NCBI GenBank assembly: GCA_050951805.1
Contig: JBMNJT010000002.1
Location: 736,001 to 800,000 of the forward strand
DNA length: 64,000 bases
Origin: Bacillota bacterium
GTDB lineage: Bacteria; Bacillota; DTU025
Direction: 5' to 3'
The position numbers and the translations under genes are program-made. Positions 9,174-20,717 of the stretch are shown piece after piece. The notes below the pieces were generated by a model, which had not been told where the DNA came from, searched no databases, and saw only the letters and a program-made list of their open reading frames with translations. Numbering within the stretch: position 1 is the stretch's first letter; the number at the start of each line of letters is the position of its first letter.

Positions 9174-10490
9174 ATGTCTTCATATAAGAAAGCGCAGAGA
9201 TCTGCTTGGCTTGTACTTACCGTAGCAGCAGCAATACTTGTGTGCACGGTGTTGGCTCCATCAGCATTTGGCGTGCCTTCGCCACAGGATGAAGAGGCTG
9301 CGCCTAAATTCAAAGATATTCACACCGCCATTGAAGCGATGTATCTTGTCAAGGCTCAGTTCTATAAGCCAGTTTCAGTAGCTGAGCTGATGAAGGCATA
9401 CTTCGCAAAAGGAACCGTCCCCGGAATGCTGGAAGTGCTCAATGACCCCTATACCAGGTATATGACACCCCAAGACTTCCAGGCCCTCAAAGACGATTCT
9501 GCAGGGATATTCGGCGGAATCGGGATCCTTGTTGGCATAAGGGATGATAAGATCACCATAATCAGTCCTATCACGAATACGCCGGGAATGCGTGCAGGAC
9601 TGATGCCTGGGGATCACATCGTGGAAATTGATGGAGTTTCTACAGAAGGCATGGTTCTGGACCGCGCTGTATCGATGATGCGCGGCGAGCCTGGGACTGT
9701 TGTTCGCCTCCTCATTGAACGCAGATATCCGGCCGAAAAGTTCGAAGTGGAAATAGTGCGCGACATCATAGACGCGCCTGCTACCCGTGGCTATATCTTT
9801 GACCCCGATGCGGGCATAGGTTATATCGAGCTTCGAACCTTCTCGCAGAAGGCAGGACAGGATATCGAAGAGGAAGTTGAAAGGCTCATGGATGAGGGCA
9901 TGCGCGGCCTCATCCTTGACCTGCGATATAACGGCGGAGGCCTTGTAACACAAGCTGTAGAGATTGCAAGCAAGTTCATGCCGCCCGGACCGGTGATGCA
10001 TGTTAGGGGACGCGATGGTCAGAAGAAAAGCCTTTACACCGTTGGCAGACGTGTTTCCCAGATCCCGTTGGTCGTTTTGGTCAATGAGTACACGGCATCT
10101 GCCTCAGAGATCGTTTCCGGAGCATTGCAGGATACGGGCGTAGCCACCATAGTGGGAGTGCCGACGTTTGGGAAAGGGCTCGTTCAGACTCTATTCCCTC
10201 TTTCTGATGGTTCGGGGCTTGCGGTAACTACGCAGATATACCTTACGGCGGGAGGACGGGAGATCACGCCTGAAACCCCAATAATGCCGGATGTGAAAGT
10301 GGAGGCGTTGACGCCCGAAGAGCTTGAGAAAGCCATGAATGATCAGGCCCGGAATGCCGAGCGCACGGGCCCTGTTACCGCAGAAGATTTGATGCGGATA
10401 GATCCTGATTTGGATCCACAGTTCCGACGTGCTCTCGAGATCCTAAGATACCAGATTGAGAAGGATGAGCCCGTCAAGAGCGCCGCGTAG
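9174..10490 (+). CDS. S41 family carboxyl-terminal processing protease (CtpA/CtpB-like)
   Basis: 'DPYTRY', PDZ 'FGGIGI', 'LDLRYNGGG', 'TASASEI', 'TFGKGLVQ'. Confidence 0.92.
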   Translation: MSSYKKAQRSAWLVLTVAAAILVCTVLAPSAFGVPSPQDEEAAPKFKDIHTAIEAMYLVKAQFYKPVSVAELMKAYFAKGTVPGMLEVLNDPYTRYMTPQDFQALKDDSAGIFGGIGILVGIRDDKITIISPITNTPGMRAGLMPGDHIVEIDGVSTEGMVLDRAVSMMRGEPGTVVRLLIERRYPAEKFEVEIVRDIIDAPATRGYIFDPDAGIGYIELRTFSQKAGQDIEEEVERLMDEGMRGLILDLRYNGGGLVTQAVEIASKFMPPGPVMHVRGRDGQKKSLYTVGRRVSQIPLVVLVNEYTASASEIVSGALQDTGVATIVGVPTFGKGLVQTLFPLSDGSGLAVTTQIYLTAGGREITPETPIMPDVKVEALTPEELEKAMNDQARNAERTGPVTAEDLMRIDPDLDPQFRRALEILRYQIEKDEPVKSAA

Positions 10491-10496
10491 AGCGGA

Positions 10497-11798
10497 GTGT
10501 TGCAGTTGCAGGAATTCCCATTTGGCAACGTGTTCAGAATCATACTGGAGAGCCAGATAGCGTTGTTTCGCTATCCCTCCAGTATGATATGGTTTTGGAT
10601 TGTAATGAGCATAGTATACTTCCAGTATCGGCGAATGTCGGCCTTGGAAACGCAGATATTTGGCAGACCGAGGCGGAGTGCGATAGTGCGAACCATGTGC
10701 TCCCTAGGAGAGGGCATGGTTGGGGGAATACTCGGCAGTTTTCTGATAATCCTGTTTGGCGCTTCAGCGGAGAGTTTGGGCCTTGGGGCGATTTGGTTAA
10801 TAGCATTGGCGCTGGCATCGATAGATATCAGGTTCATCTGTTTCTCGTATGCCGGCGGCATAGTGTCCCTTCTAAACCTGGCCTTTGGGTGGCCGGATGT
10901 GGATGTCACATCAATCATGGCTTTAGTCGGGGTGCTCCATCTTGTGGAATCCGCGCTCATATTGCTCAGCGGGCATCGCGACGCTGCTCCTGTCATAGTA
11001 TCAGGCCCAGATAACAAGCCTGCAGGCGGTTTCTACATGAGCAAGTATTGGCCTGTTCCCATTGCGATTTTATGGATAACTTACAGTCTCGCTACAACAG
11101 GAACCCCGGAAGGCGGAATCGCCATGCCAGATTGGTGGCCGCTTCTTAAGTCCGCTGCACCCCCATCTCCTGACATGCGCGCTGACTACTGGGTCTTGGC
11201 CATTACGGTTGCCATGGGATATGGGGATGCGACATACAGCCGTTTGCCAAGGCAGAAGACGAAAGCGACTGCTGGCATGTCGGCCCTATTCAGCTTGGCG
11301 CTTCTTGGCCTCACTCTTTTATCTGAAAGGTATCCGTGGGTCAGATGGGTAGCAGCACTGTTCTCGCCTATTGGGCACGAGTTCGTCATTGGTATGTCGC
11401 AAAAAGCCGAGCTCGAAGGAGAGCCATTGTTCACAACGCCTGCGCAAGGCATCAGAGTTCTCGATGTGGGGCCGGGGTCTCCCTGCGACCAGGCGGGCAT
11501 CAAGCCCGGGGATGTGATCGAAGCTGTGAATTGCCAGCCGGTCAACTCATTTGCCGACTTTGCTGAGGCGCTACGCAGTGTGGGGTATGCCACAATCCTT
11601 GATATTCGATCTGGCTTGCCCGGCAGTAAAGGAGAAAACAGGACTGTTCAGATCAGAGGAGTTCCGGATGGGCTAGGTCTGCTCCTCGTGCCTACGGAAG
11701 GAGACTACCCGAAGATGGACTCTGGCCGTGCAGGACTGATCGCGATCATCGTGGATCGCATAAAACGACGCAGCAGTCGACGGAGGCGCAGGAGATGA
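10497..11798 (+). CDS. PDZ-domain membrane protein (MinJ/YvjD-like)
   Basis: Multi-TM N-terminus with 'RFICFSYAGG' and 'VGVLHLVES'; C-terminal PDZ ('SPCDQAGIKPGDVI'); follows ctp as in B. subtilis. Confidence 0.75.
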   Translation: MLQLQEFPFGNVFRIILESQIALFRYPSSMIWFWIVMSIVYFQYRRMSALETQIFGRPRRSAIVRTMCSLGEGMVGGILGSFLIILFGASAESLGLGAIWLIALALASIDIRFICFSYAGGIVSLLNLAFGWPDVDVTSIMALVGVLHLVESALILLSGHRDAAPVIVSGPDNKPAGGFYMSKYWPVPIAILWITYSLATTGTPEGGIAMPDWWPLLKSAAPPSPDMRADYWVLAITVAMGYGDATYSRLPRQKTKATAGMSALFSLALLGLTLLSERYPWVRWVAALFSPIGHEFVIGMSQKAELEGEPLFTTPAQGIRVLDVGPGSPCDQAGIKPGDVIEAVNCQPVNSFADFAEALRSVGYATILDIRSGLPGSKGENRTVQIRGVPDGLGLLLVPTEGDYPKMDSGRAGLIAIIVDRIKRRSSRRRRRR

Positions 11799-13459
11799 AA
11801 AGGAAGCCATACAGCTTGTGGGTGGCGGTCTTGGCATGCCTCGCCATGACGCTGACAGGATGTGGCAAAGAGGTAAAGGTGGTTCATGAAGATGGCCAGA
11901 CGATATATGACTATTCACGCAAATCGGAGAAGCTTTCATCTGAGCTAACCAAAGCGCTTCTGGAATCTGGAGTGATCGACAAAAGTGTGGCCGCAAATGG
12001 CAGGCAGGAAAAGATCATGCGGCTTTCGTCCAAAGAAGATACCTATCTTCGCTGGACAATCACCTCGTACGAAGCGGGCGCTTCATGTGCTAGCTATCAG
12101 TCTTTGTCGGCAGCTGTAAGCCGTGCGGCGCGTAAGGCCAATGCCAGAGTTATTCAGGAGATTGCCGATGGAGATTCCTCTGCAGGCGATTGCGCCATTT
12201 TCATATTGGGCTTCAGCGATCGAAGCCTGCAGGGCCTTGCCACGTATCTCGAGATAATGCAAGTTGTGGTTCCGTGGAGCCGGAGCCTGGGGCAGACTGT
12301 GGCGCCGACGCGGAACGAGCAATACTTGGAATCCATTCAAGGCCTGGACGTTTCGGAAACCTTCAGTATTGAAGAGACCGCGTCAGGTCGCGACGAAGCC
12401 TTGCTTGATCTGGAGGAAATGCCAGTTGGAGCGGGTTCAGTTCTCTCCAAGGCGCAAGAAAACGTTGTCCCCAGATACATATCGAAGGAACCGCCACTGT
12501 CATCCTCCGAGAGGAAGACTCTTAACGGGAGCAGGCCTCGGCTTGCGATAGTCATAGATGACCTTGGATCGGGAGTTGCTGCTACAGATGAGCTTTTGAG
12601 TATAGATGTGCCGCTTACTGTGGCCGTCATTCCACAGGGAAAATATGCTGCGAAGGAGGCCAAGGCCGCTTCCGAACGAGGCTTTGCAGTCCTACTACAC
12701 CAGCCTATGGAGCCATTGGACCCGTCAAAGCGCCCGGGCAAGGGCGGGATACTGATGGGTATGGATGAGAAGGAGATACGGAGCGTCATATCGTCCAATT
12801 TAGCTTTGGTGCCCAATGCTATTGGAGTCAATAACCACATGGGTTCGCGTGTCACTGAAGACCCGGAAAGTGTCAGGATTATACTCGATGAGGTTTTTGC
12901 TCATGGCTTGTTCTTTTTCGACAGCCGGACGAGCTCGAACTCGGTGGTTCCGCGGGTGGCTCGGGAGATGGGGCTTCCGCTCCTTGAAAACTCTAGGTTT
13001 TTAGATCACATAGATACCGAGGAGTATGTTATCGAATCCATAAGGATAGTAGCGAGGTTGGCAATGGAGCGAGGTTCCGCTGCCGCAATAGGCCATGTGC
13101 GTCCTGCCACAGTACGTGCAATACAGAAGATGCTTCCCGAGTTGGATGCTGCCGGGGTTGAACTAGTGACTCTCGATAAGCTGATGCCGACGCCGAGCCG
13201 AACGGCAGAACCGAAACCGAGTCTGCCCGCAGTGCCAGCCACCGTCAAGGAAGCGGCTCCCGCAGCGCCTGTCCAGTTGCCTGTTGAAGCCGACAAGGAC
13301 AAGGAGGAAGCTGGTATTGAGGCTCTTCCAGCAGTCGAACCTCAAGCCTTTTCTGAGCCTGAGCCCAGGCAGGAGCTAGAACCCGAGCCTGGGGAGTGTG
13401 GCGAGACGAATACGGGTCAGACTGTAGATGATCCCGGGGTTGACCTATCAGAGCCTTAA
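11795..13459 (+). CDS. Lipoprotein with divergent polysaccharide deacetylase (YibQ/DUF610) domain and Pro/Glu-rich tail
   Basis: Lipobox 'LTGC'; 'LAIVIDDLG', 'LHQPMEP', 'GVNNHMGS', 'FFFDSRT', 'AIGH'. Confidence 0.85.
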   Translation: MKRKPYSLWVAVLACLAMTLTGCGKEVKVVHEDGQTIYDYSRKSEKLSSELTKALLESGVIDKSVAANGRQEKIMRLSSKEDTYLRWTITSYEAGASCASYQSLSAAVSRAARKANARVIQEIADGDSSAGDCAIFILGFSDRSLQGLATYLEIMQVVVPWSRSLGQTVAPTRNEQYLESIQGLDVSETFSIEETASGRDEALLDLEEMPVGAGSVLSKAQENVVPRYISKEPPLSSSERKTLNGSRPRLAIVIDDLGSGVAATDELLSIDVPLTVAVIPQGKYAAKEAKAASERGFAVLLHQPMEPLDPSKRPGKGGILMGMDEKEIRSVISSNLALVPNAIGVNNHMGSRVTEDPESVRIILDEVFAHGLFFFDSRTSSNSVVPRVAREMGLPLLENSRFLDHIDTEEYVIESIRIVARLAMERGSAAAIGHVRPATVRAIQKMLPELDAAGVELVTLDKLMPTPSRTAEPKPSLPAVPATVKEAAPAAPVQLPVEADKDKEEAGIEALPAVEPQAFSEPEPRQELEPEPGECGETNTGQTVDDPGVDLSEP

Positions 13460-13521
13460 CCGGCCTTCGGCTGGTTGTGTCCAGATCTAAAGTCACACAA
13501 ATAAATGGACCAAGAAGGAAT

Positions 13522-13539
13522 GCGGCCCCGAGGGGCCGC
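13522..13539. terminator. GC-rich hairpin after the YibQ-like gene (possible terminator)
   Basis: GCGGCCC-CGAG-GGGCCGC followed by TACAGTTTTG; a second hairpin lies at 13458-13476. Confidence 0.45.
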
Positions 13540-13802
13540 TACAGTTTTGTTGGGGCGGGTTTCTGCCGTTTAGGGTGTATAGGAGAACATGCCGTGATTG
13601 CGCTCAAGGTTCGCGTGCTGTAGCCGTATTGATGGCCAGGCGGTGGAGCCATAATCTCAGCTTTTGCAGGGGAACAGGGAAGAATTGCGTGGTGGCGAGC
13701 TGAAGGGCTTATTGAGGAGCATGGGAAGTGGGGGAATCCTGGCAATGTGAGCTTTAGATGCTTCCGGATGATTGTTTGGCGCATTAAACTGTTATCGCGG
13801 AT

Positions 13803-13830
13803 AGAATGTATGTTCGGGGCGTGATATAAT
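13803..13830 (+). promoter_or_regulatory. LexA (Cheo) box plus extended -10 promoter of uvrB
   Basis: AGAATGTATGTTCG (reverse complement CGAACATACATTCT; Firmicute consensus CGAAC-N4-GTTCG), then TGATATAAT at 13822-13830, 33 nt before the uvrB ATG. Confidence 0.7.
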
Positions 13831-13863
13831 TGAACCGTCATCCGCTGAAAGGAGTGGTCTGCA

Positions 13864-15903
13864 ATGCCCCAATTCCAGCTGAAATCGGGTTTTGCCCCTG
13901 CAGGCGATCAGCCGAGGGCTATCGCGCAGCTCGTTGCGGGAGTGAAGGCGGGCATGCGCGGGCAGGTCCTGCTTGGAGTCACGGGAAGTGGCAAGACGTT
14001 CACGATGGCCAATGTCATCCAGGAACTGGGCCGACCTACGTTGGTCATTGCTCACAACAAGACTCTTGCTGCACAATTGGCGTCGGAGTTCAGGGAGTTT
14101 TTCCCCAACAACGCTGTTCATTACTTTGTGAGCTACTACGATTATTACCAGCCTGAGGCCTATATACCTCAGTCTGACACATACATCGAGAAGGATGCTC
14201 AGATAAATGACGAGATTGATCGAATGCGCCATGCTGCTACTGCCGCTCTGGTTGAGAGGCGTGACGTAATAATCGTAGCGAGTGTTTCGTGCATCTATGG
14301 ATTGGGCATGCCCGAGGAGTACCTCAATCAGGCAGTCGTGGTAAATGCAGGCGAATGCTTGGACCGCGATAGGCTGCTCCGCAAGTTAGTGGGGATCCAG
14401 TACAACCGCAATGATATTGGCATTACCCGTGGCACTTTCCGCGTCAGGGGCGATGTTGTGGAGATCATACCTGCAAGCGGGGAAGAAGCGATACGCATAG
14501 AATTCTTCGGCGACGAGGTTGATCGCATTTCCGACATTGACCTCATTACCGGCGAGGTGCTTGGACTGAGGGAATCGGCTTTCATCTACCCTGCCACTCA
14601 CTACGTTACAAGCAAGGAGAGGCTTGATGCGGCGATTGAGGCCATCGGGGTTGAACTTGCGGAGAGGCTCAAGGAGCTCAAGCGTGATGGAAAACTTCTG
14701 GAAGCCCAGAGGTTGGAGCAGCGGACCATGTTCGACATTGAAATGCTGGAGGAAGTGGGCTATTGCTCCGGGATAGAAAACTACTCGCGCCATCTTGCCG
14801 GCAGGGAAGCGGGCAGTGCTCCTGCGACGCTGCTGGATTATTTTCCCGATGACTACCTCATGTTCATCGATGAATCGCACGTCACTGTGCCCCAAATACG
14901 GGCGATGTACAATGGCGATCGCTCGCGCAAGGAAAGCTTGGTCCAGTATGGATTCAGGCTTCCATCTGCTTTCGACAACAGGCCCCTCACGTTTAGCGAG
15001 TTCGAGGAGAGGGTGAACCAGGTCATATTCGTCTCGGCTACGCCGGCCGATTATGAAAGGACGGTAAGCAGCCAAGTGGTGGAGCAGATCATTCGTCCGA
15101 CGGGGCTTGTGGATCCGGCGGTCACGGTGAAGCCTGTGCGGGGCCAGGTCGATGATTTGATCGGTGAAATCAGGCGCACTGTGGACGCTGGATACAGGGT
15201 TCTCGTTACCACCCTTACAAAGCGGATGGCCGAGGATCTCACAGATTACCTCAGAGAGATAGGTATCAAGGTGAGATACCTCCATTCCGAGATACAGACA
15301 TTGGAACGCGTGGAGATCCTGCGAGGTCTTCGCCTGGGCGACTTCGATGTGCTGGTTGGGATCAACTTACTCAGGGAGGGGTTGGATCTTCCGGAGGTAG
15401 GCCTCGTTGCCATACTCGATGCCGACAAGGAAGGGTTTTTGAGGTCAGATACATCGCTGATACAGACTATTGGACGTGCTGCTCGCAACGTAGATGGACG
15501 TGTAATAATGTATGCTGACCAGATAACCGGGTCTATGCGCGAGGCTATCGACGAGACTGAACGGCGCCGTTCAGCGCAGATCCAATTCAACAGAGAGCAC
15601 GGGATAACTCCTGAATCTATCAAAAAAGAGGTGCGCGATCTATCCGAGATTCAGCGGGTCGCAGAAAGATCCGTTGGCAGCAGTGCAGCCTGTGGCGGGC
15701 AATCTGGGGTCAGAGGACAGGGTGGAGTTGCCGCTGAGTTCGGCTGTGCAGATGTGGAATCCATGGATGAGCGAGAGCTCGCTCGATACATTAAGGCACT
15801 TGAGGATGAGATGAAGAAGGCGGCGGGTCTTCTCGAGTTTGAACGCGCTGCCGAGTTAAGAGACACTATTCGTGATCTCAGACGGAGGTTCGTCGAGCTA
15901 TGA
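13864..15903 (+). CDS. uvrB: Excinuclease ABC subunit B
   Basis: 'PAGDQP', 'GVTGSGKT', '[11 protein letters not shown]', 'DESH', '[10 protein letters not shown]', C-terminal UVR domain. Confidence 0.98.
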   Translation: MPQFQLKSGFAPAGDQPRAIAQLVAGVKAGMRGQVLLGVTGSGKTFTMANVIQELGRPTLVIAHNKTLAAQLASEFREFFPNNAVHYFVSYYDYYQPEAYIPQSDTYIEKDAQINDEIDRMRHAATAALVERRDVIIVASVSCIYGLGMPEEYLNQAVVVNAGECLDRDRLLRKLVGIQYNRNDIGITRGTFRVRGDVVEIIPASGEEAIRIEFFGDEVDRISDIDLITGEVLGLRESAFIYPATHYVTSKERLDAAIEAIGVELAERLKELKRDGKLLEAQRLEQRTMFDIEMLEEVGYCSGIENYSRHLAGREAGSAPATLLDYFPDDYLMFIDESHVTVPQIRAMYNGDRSRKESLVQYGFRLPSAFDNRPLTFSEFEERVNQVIFVSATPADYERTVSSQVVEQIIRPTGLVDPAVTVKPVRGQVDDLIGEIRRTVDAGYRVLVTTLTKRMAEDLTDYLREIGIKVRYLHSEIQTLERVEILRGLRLGDFDVLVGINLLREGLDLPEVGLVAILDADKEGFLRSDTSLIQTIGRAARNVDGRVIMYADQITGSMREAIDETERRRSAQIQFNREHGITPESIKKEVRDLSEIQRVAERSVGSSAACGGQSGVRGQGGVAAEFGCADVESMDERELARYIKALEDEMKKAAGLLEFERAAELRDTIRDLRRRFVEL

Positions 15904-18776
15904 GCGTAGAGAAGATAATTATCAGGGGAGCGCGGGAGCACAACTTAAAGAACATCGATCTTGACTTGCCGCGAGATCGTCTTGTGGTCGTTACGGGGTT
16001 GTCAGGCTCTGGCAAGTCATCGTTGGCTTTTGACACCATATATGCCGAAGGGCAACGGCGGTATGTGGAGTCTCTGTCCGCTTACGCCAGACAGTTCTTA
16101 GGACAGATGAACAAGCCCGCCCTAGACTACATCGAAGGGCTTTCGCCCGCTATCTCCATTGATCAGAAGGCGCAGGGCCGAAACCCGCGTTCGACGGTGG
16201 CAACTGTTACAGAGATTTACGATTACATGAGGCTTCTTTACGCTAGGATAGGGATTCCCCATTGCCCCAATTGCGGCAGGGAAATAGCGCAACAGACTGT
16301 CCAGCAGATTGTCGACAGGATCATGGCTATGCCGGAGGGCTCGCGGATACAGGTGCTTGGCCCTGTTATCAGGGGCAAAAAAGGCGAGCACCGGAAGGCC
16401 CTTGACGACCTCAAGCGAGACGGGTACATTCGTGTGCGTGTGGACGGCGAGGTGAGGGAGCTTTCCGAGGAGATCTCTCTTGAACGATACAAGATGCATA
16501 GCATCGAAGCTGTTGTGGACAGGCTGGCGGTAAGGCCAGGGATTGAGACTAGGCTTGCGGATTCGCTCGAGACCGCGCTCAAGCTTGGAGACGGGGTCGT
16601 CATCATCGATGTTGTGGGCGGAAAAGAGCTGGTCTTCTCTGAGAAGTTGGCGTGCCCTGATTGCGGGATAGGCTTTGGTGAACTGGAGCCGAGGCTCTTC
16701 TCATTCAATAGCCCATACGGCGCATGTCCTGTCTGTTCCGGGTTAGGAGTGAAGATAGATTTCGATCCCAAACTCATCTTCGACATGGAACACTCGATTG
16801 AAGACGGCGCTATTCTTCCGTACAACGGAAACGGCGTAATAGCCGATTACTACATGGGTAGGGTTAACCAGGTGGCTACCGAGAAGGGGATCGATACGTC
16901 GGTTCCCATGTCGGAGCTTCCAGAGAGCGCCATGGAGATGATCATGTATGGGTGCGGAAGCGAGAAATTTAGGTTTCGCTATGTCAACTCACGAGGGCGC
17001 ACTAAATACTGGGAATCGAGGTTTGAAGGGGTCATACCCAACCTTCAGAGGCGCTACAAGGAGACGACGTCTGACTACATAAGGGAAAATTTGGAGCGGT
17101 TCATGAGCGCGAGCCCATGTACAAAGTGCAATGGTGCCAGGCTCAAACCGGAGGCGCTCGCAGTGACTGTAGGAGGAAAATCCATTGCCGAGGTCACGTC
17201 GATGTCCACTGTGAAGGCGCTCGAGTTCTTTGAGGAACTCGGAAGAGGGCTTACAGAGAGGGAGTCGCTGATTGCAAGGCAGATTCTCAAGGAGATCGGT
17301 GCAAGGCTCGGGTTTCTTACCAATGTAGGCCTCGACTATCTTACCCTCCACCGCGAGGCTGGGACTTTGTCTGGCGGTGAGTCCCAGCGGATCAGGCTGG
17401 CTACCCAGATCGGCTCGAGCTTGGTCGGGGTTCTCTATATCCTGGACGAGCCGTCTATCGGGCTTCACCAGCGCGACAATGCTCGTCTTATCGATACCTT
17501 GAAAGACCTACGTGACCTGGGCAATACCGTCATAGTTGTTGAACACGATGAGGAGATGATACGGTCAGCCGACTATATCGTCGACATGGGGCCCGGGGCC
17601 GGCGCACACGGGGGCCAAGTGGTGGCCGCGGGCACGGTTGAAGAGATAGAGGCTAATCCCGCATCAATAACAGGCCAGTATCTGTCGGGCGTAAGGCGTA
17701 TTGAAGTTCCGGCAGCCAGACGATTGCCTAACGGAAACGCGCTTGTCATTAAGGGCGCTCGCGAACATAATCTGAAGAATATTGATGTCACTATACCCAT
17801 GGGGGTTTTCGTATGCGTTACGGGAGTCTCGGGTTCGGGCAAGAGCACACTGATCAACGAGATACTCTATGCGCGTTTGGCACATGACCTTCATCGCGCA
17901 ATGACCAGACCGGGCGCGCATGATGAGATTCTCGGCATCGAGCATCTCGACAAGGTCATAGGCATCGATCAGTCTCCCATCGGTCGGACGCCCCGATCGA
18001 ACCCGGCAACCTATACCGGAGTTTTTACGCATATCAGGGAGGTCTTTGCCAAGACGCCTGAGGCTAGGGCTAGGGGATACAAACCCGGTCGTTTCAGCTT
18101 CAACGTCAAGGGCGGAAGGTGTGAAGCGTGTCGTGGAGATGGGATCATCAAGATAGAAATGCATTTTTTGCCCGATGTCTACGTGCCATGCGAGGTCTGC
18201 CACGGAGCACGCTACAATCGGGAGACTCTGGAGGTAAAATACAAGTCAAAAAGCATATCTGACGTGCTCGAAATGACTGTTGAGGAGGCTTTGGAGTTCT
18301 TTGCGAACATTCCTGCGATAAAGAGAAAGTTGCAAACCATCTACGATGTAGGCCTTGGCTACATCAAGCTAGGCCAACCGGCAACCACGCTTTCGGGGGG
18401 CGAGGCTCAGCGGGTTAAACTCGCCACAGAACTGTCGAGGCGCACCAATGGAAGGACCCTCTACGTGCTTGACGAGCCCACGACGGGCTTGCACTTTGCC
18501 GATGTGCAGAAGCTCCTCGATGTTCTGCAGCGTCTCGTGGATGGAGGCGATACTGTCGTAGTGATTGAACACAATATCGATGTGATAAAAACTGCAGACT
18601 ACATCATAGATCTGGGGCCCGAAGGCGGCGACAAGGGCGGACGGGTGATCGCCGCCGGTACGCCCGAGGAGGTGGCGGCGACCCCGGGGTCGTACACGGG
18701 GGAGTATTTGGTGAAGATAGCGGGAGTAATGCCTGCCCAACGCGAGCTGGAGGCGATGACAGGTGGCACTAGATGA
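15900..18776 (+). CDS. uvrA: Excinuclease ABC subunit A
   Basis: Two ABC domains ('GLSGSGKSS', 'GVSGSGKST', 'LSGGE') and zinc fingers. Confidence 0.98.
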   Translation: MSVEKIIIRGAREHNLKNIDLDLPRDRLVVVTGLSGSGKSSLAFDTIYAEGQRRYVESLSAYARQFLGQMNKPALDYIEGLSPAISIDQKAQGRNPRSTVATVTEIYDYMRLLYARIGIPHCPNCGREIAQQTVQQIVDRIMAMPEGSRIQVLGPVIRGKKGEHRKALDDLKRDGYIRVRVDGEVRELSEEISLERYKMHSIEAVVDRLAVRPGIETRLADSLETALKLGDGVVIIDVVGGKELVFSEKLACPDCGIGFGELEPRLFSFNSPYGACPVCSGLGVKIDFDPKLIFDMEHSIEDGAILPYNGNGVIADYYMGRVNQVATEKGIDTSVPMSELPESAMEMIMYGCGSEKFRFRYVNSRGRTKYWESRFEGVIPNLQRRYKETTSDYIRENLERFMSASPCTKCNGARLKPEALAVTVGGKSIAEVTSMSTVKALEFFEELGRGLTERESLIARQILKEIGARLGFLTNVGLDYLTLHREAGTLSGGESQRIRLATQIGSSLVGVLYILDEPSIGLHQRDNARLIDTLKDLRDLGNTVIVVEHDEEMIRSADYIVDMGPGAGAHGGQVVAAGTVEEIEANPASITGQYLSGVRRIEVPAARRLPNGNALVIKGAREHNLKNIDVTIPMGVFVCVTGVSGSGKSTLINEILYARLAHDLHRAMTRPGAHDEILGIEHLDKVIGIDQSPIGRTPRSNPATYTGVFTHIREVFAKTPEARARGYKPGRFSFNVKGGRCEACRGDGIIKIEMHFLPDVYVPCEVCHGARYNRETLEVKYKSKSISDVLEMTVEEALEFFANIPAIKRKLQTIYDVGLGYIKLGQPATTLSGGEAQRVKLATELSRRTNGRTLYVLDEPTTGLHFADVQKLLDVLQRLVDGGDTVVVIEHNIDVIKTADYIIDLGPEGGDKGGRVIAAGTPEEVAATPGSYTGEYLVKIAGVMPAQRELEAMTGGTR

Positions 18777-20613
18777 TACCTTGGCTGTTCTTCCCACGAG
18801 TCCGGGCGTGTATCTGATGAAGGATGCCGACGGGGAGGTAATCTACGTCGGCAAAGCCATCAACCTCAGAAACAGGGTGAGATCATACTTTCAGACTTCT
18901 TCTGACCATTCGCCAAAGGTTGTCATGATGGTGGAGCACATAGCCGATTTGGATTACATTGTGACAGCGTCCGAACTGGAAGCACTGATCCTCGAGTGTA
19001 ACCTGATCAAGAAATACAGACCAAGATACAATGTTAGGCTCCGTGACGATAAGACGTATCCTTTCATCAAGGTGACGACGGGGGAGCCCTACCCTGGCGT
19101 ATACTTGACGAGGAGGGTTGTGTGTGACGGGTCTCGTTATTTCGGCCCTTACACGGATGTCTCTGCGACGCGCGAAACCCTCCGCCTTCTGAAAAGGGTC
19201 TTTCCGCTACGACAGTGCTCAAAGAAGATTGACCCGGATTCTCCCGCACCGCGTCCTTGCCTAAATTATCAGATCAAGAGGTGCCTTGGTCCATGTGCCG
19301 GGCAGATCGACGTTGAAGCATACGGTGAAGTTGTAGACGAGGTTGTGATGTTTCTTGAAGGACGGCAGGACGATCTTGCCCGCAGTCTCAAGCGGCGGAT
19401 GGTGGCCGCAGCCGATGCCCTCAATTACGAACAGGCGGCTGTTTTCCGTGATCAGCTTCAGGCGGTGGAGACAGTCGTGCAGAAGCAGAGAATAGTCTCG
19501 GAGAGCGGGGCTGACCAAGATGTGATAGCGATAGCACGGGATCAATGGGGGGCGTGCGCACAGATCTTGTTTGTGCGTGGCGGAAAACTCGTTGGCAACG
19601 ACCATTTCATGCTAGGTGGAACTGACGGCGCGGATGACGCTGAGACTTTGTCATCCCTCGTTAAGGAATACTATTCTCAGGCTGAGGCAGGGTCGCTTCC
19701 CCGTGAGGTTTTACTGGAGTCCGAGATAGAAGATGCAGACATAGTGGCCGCATGGTTGTCTGACCTTCGGGGGCGGGCTGTATCTGTGAAGACTCCCAAG
19801 CGGGGGGAGAAGCGGGGATTGGTCGAGCTTGCTTCTGCCAATGCGGCGGAGTTTCTAGAACGGAAGCGAGCTGCTGAGCAAAGGGAGGCCCGTGCTCGCA
19901 TGGACGCCCTTGCTGAACTATCGATCCATCTCAGACTTTCCAAGTCGCCGAGCCGCATTGAATGCTACGACATATCGACTCTTCAGGGAACTGAAGCAGT
20001 GGGGTCGATGGTTGTCTTCGAAGCGGGCTTGCCGGCCAAGTCTCAGTACAGGCGTTTCAGGATCAGGCAGGTTGAGGGGCAGGATGACTACGCCATGATG
20101 GCCGAGGTGATACGGAGAAGGCTTGTGAGAGCCATTGGCGATGACCCGGACCCAAAGTTTGCACGCCTTCCCGATCTGATAGTTGTAGACGGGGGGCGAG
20201 GGCAGCTCAACGCGGCCGCTGATGTCCTCGACAGCCTGGGACGGGGCGACATTCCACTTATCAGTCTGGCGGAGCGCGAAGAGGAGATCTACCTCAGAGA
20301 GCAGCCGGACCCCTTGATCTTGCCGCGGGATTCTGCGGCTCTCCATATGATCCAGTATATCCGCGATGAGGCCCACAGATATGCTCTTGCGTACCACCGG
20401 AACCTCAGGGGAAAAAGGAGCATAAGCTCTGAACTGACTGATCTGCCCGGCATAGGAAAGAAGCGAACGGTCGCTCTGATGAAAGAGTTCGGTTCGCTGG
20501 AAGCCCTCACGGATGCCACTGTGGACGAAATTGCTGCAACTCCTGGGATGAACAGGGTGGTTGCGATGACCGTATATGAGCATTTGCACCCCGACAGGAG
20601 AGTCGATGGTTGA
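18763..20613 (+). CDS. uvrC: Excinuclease ABC subunit C
   Basis: GIY-YIG 'PGVYLM...YVGKA', 'IECYDIS', 'DGGRGQ', 'RDEAHR', HhH tail. Confidence 0.97.
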   Translation: MALDDTLAVLPTSPGVYLMKDADGEVIYVGKAINLRNRVRSYFQTSSDHSPKVVMMVEHIADLDYIVTASELEALILECNLIKKYRPRYNVRLRDDKTYPFIKVTTGEPYPGVYLTRRVVCDGSRYFGPYTDVSATRETLRLLKRVFPLRQCSKKIDPDSPAPRPCLNYQIKRCLGPCAGQIDVEAYGEVVDEVVMFLEGRQDDLARSLKRRMVAAADALNYEQAAVFRDQLQAVETVVQKQRIVSESGADQDVIAIARDQWGACAQILFVRGGKLVGNDHFMLGGTDGADDAETLSSLVKEYYSQAEAGSLPREVLLESEIEDADIVAAWLSDLRGRAVSVKTPKRGEKRGLVELASANAAEFLERKRAAEQREARARMDALAELSIHLRLSKSPSRIECYDISTLQGTEAVGSMVVFEAGLPAKSQYRRFRIRQVEGQDDYAMMAEVIRRRLVRAIGDDPDPKFARLPDLIVVDGGRGQLNAAADVLDSLGRGDIPLISLAEREEEIYLREQPDPLILPRDSAALHMIQYIRDEAHRYALAYHRNLRGKRSISSELTDLPGIGKKRTVALMKEFGSLEALTDATVDEIAATPGMNRVVAMTVYEHLHPDRRVDG

Positions 20614-20717
20614 ATTCTATGATGCCGCTTTTCTCGGGCTCTCCTGATTGTCGCCCCTAGCGCTGAGCCTTGGTTGAAACAGAACGAGATGATTGAAAAA
20701 GTGAAAGGGGCAGGTGA

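Noticed and set aside
13540-13790. Long G-rich spacer before uvrB with GGGAA...GGGGAATCC, faintly like a cobalamin riboswitch
   Set aside because: The B12-box and GCAACTGT/GCCACTG elements are missing and the downstream gene context does not fit.
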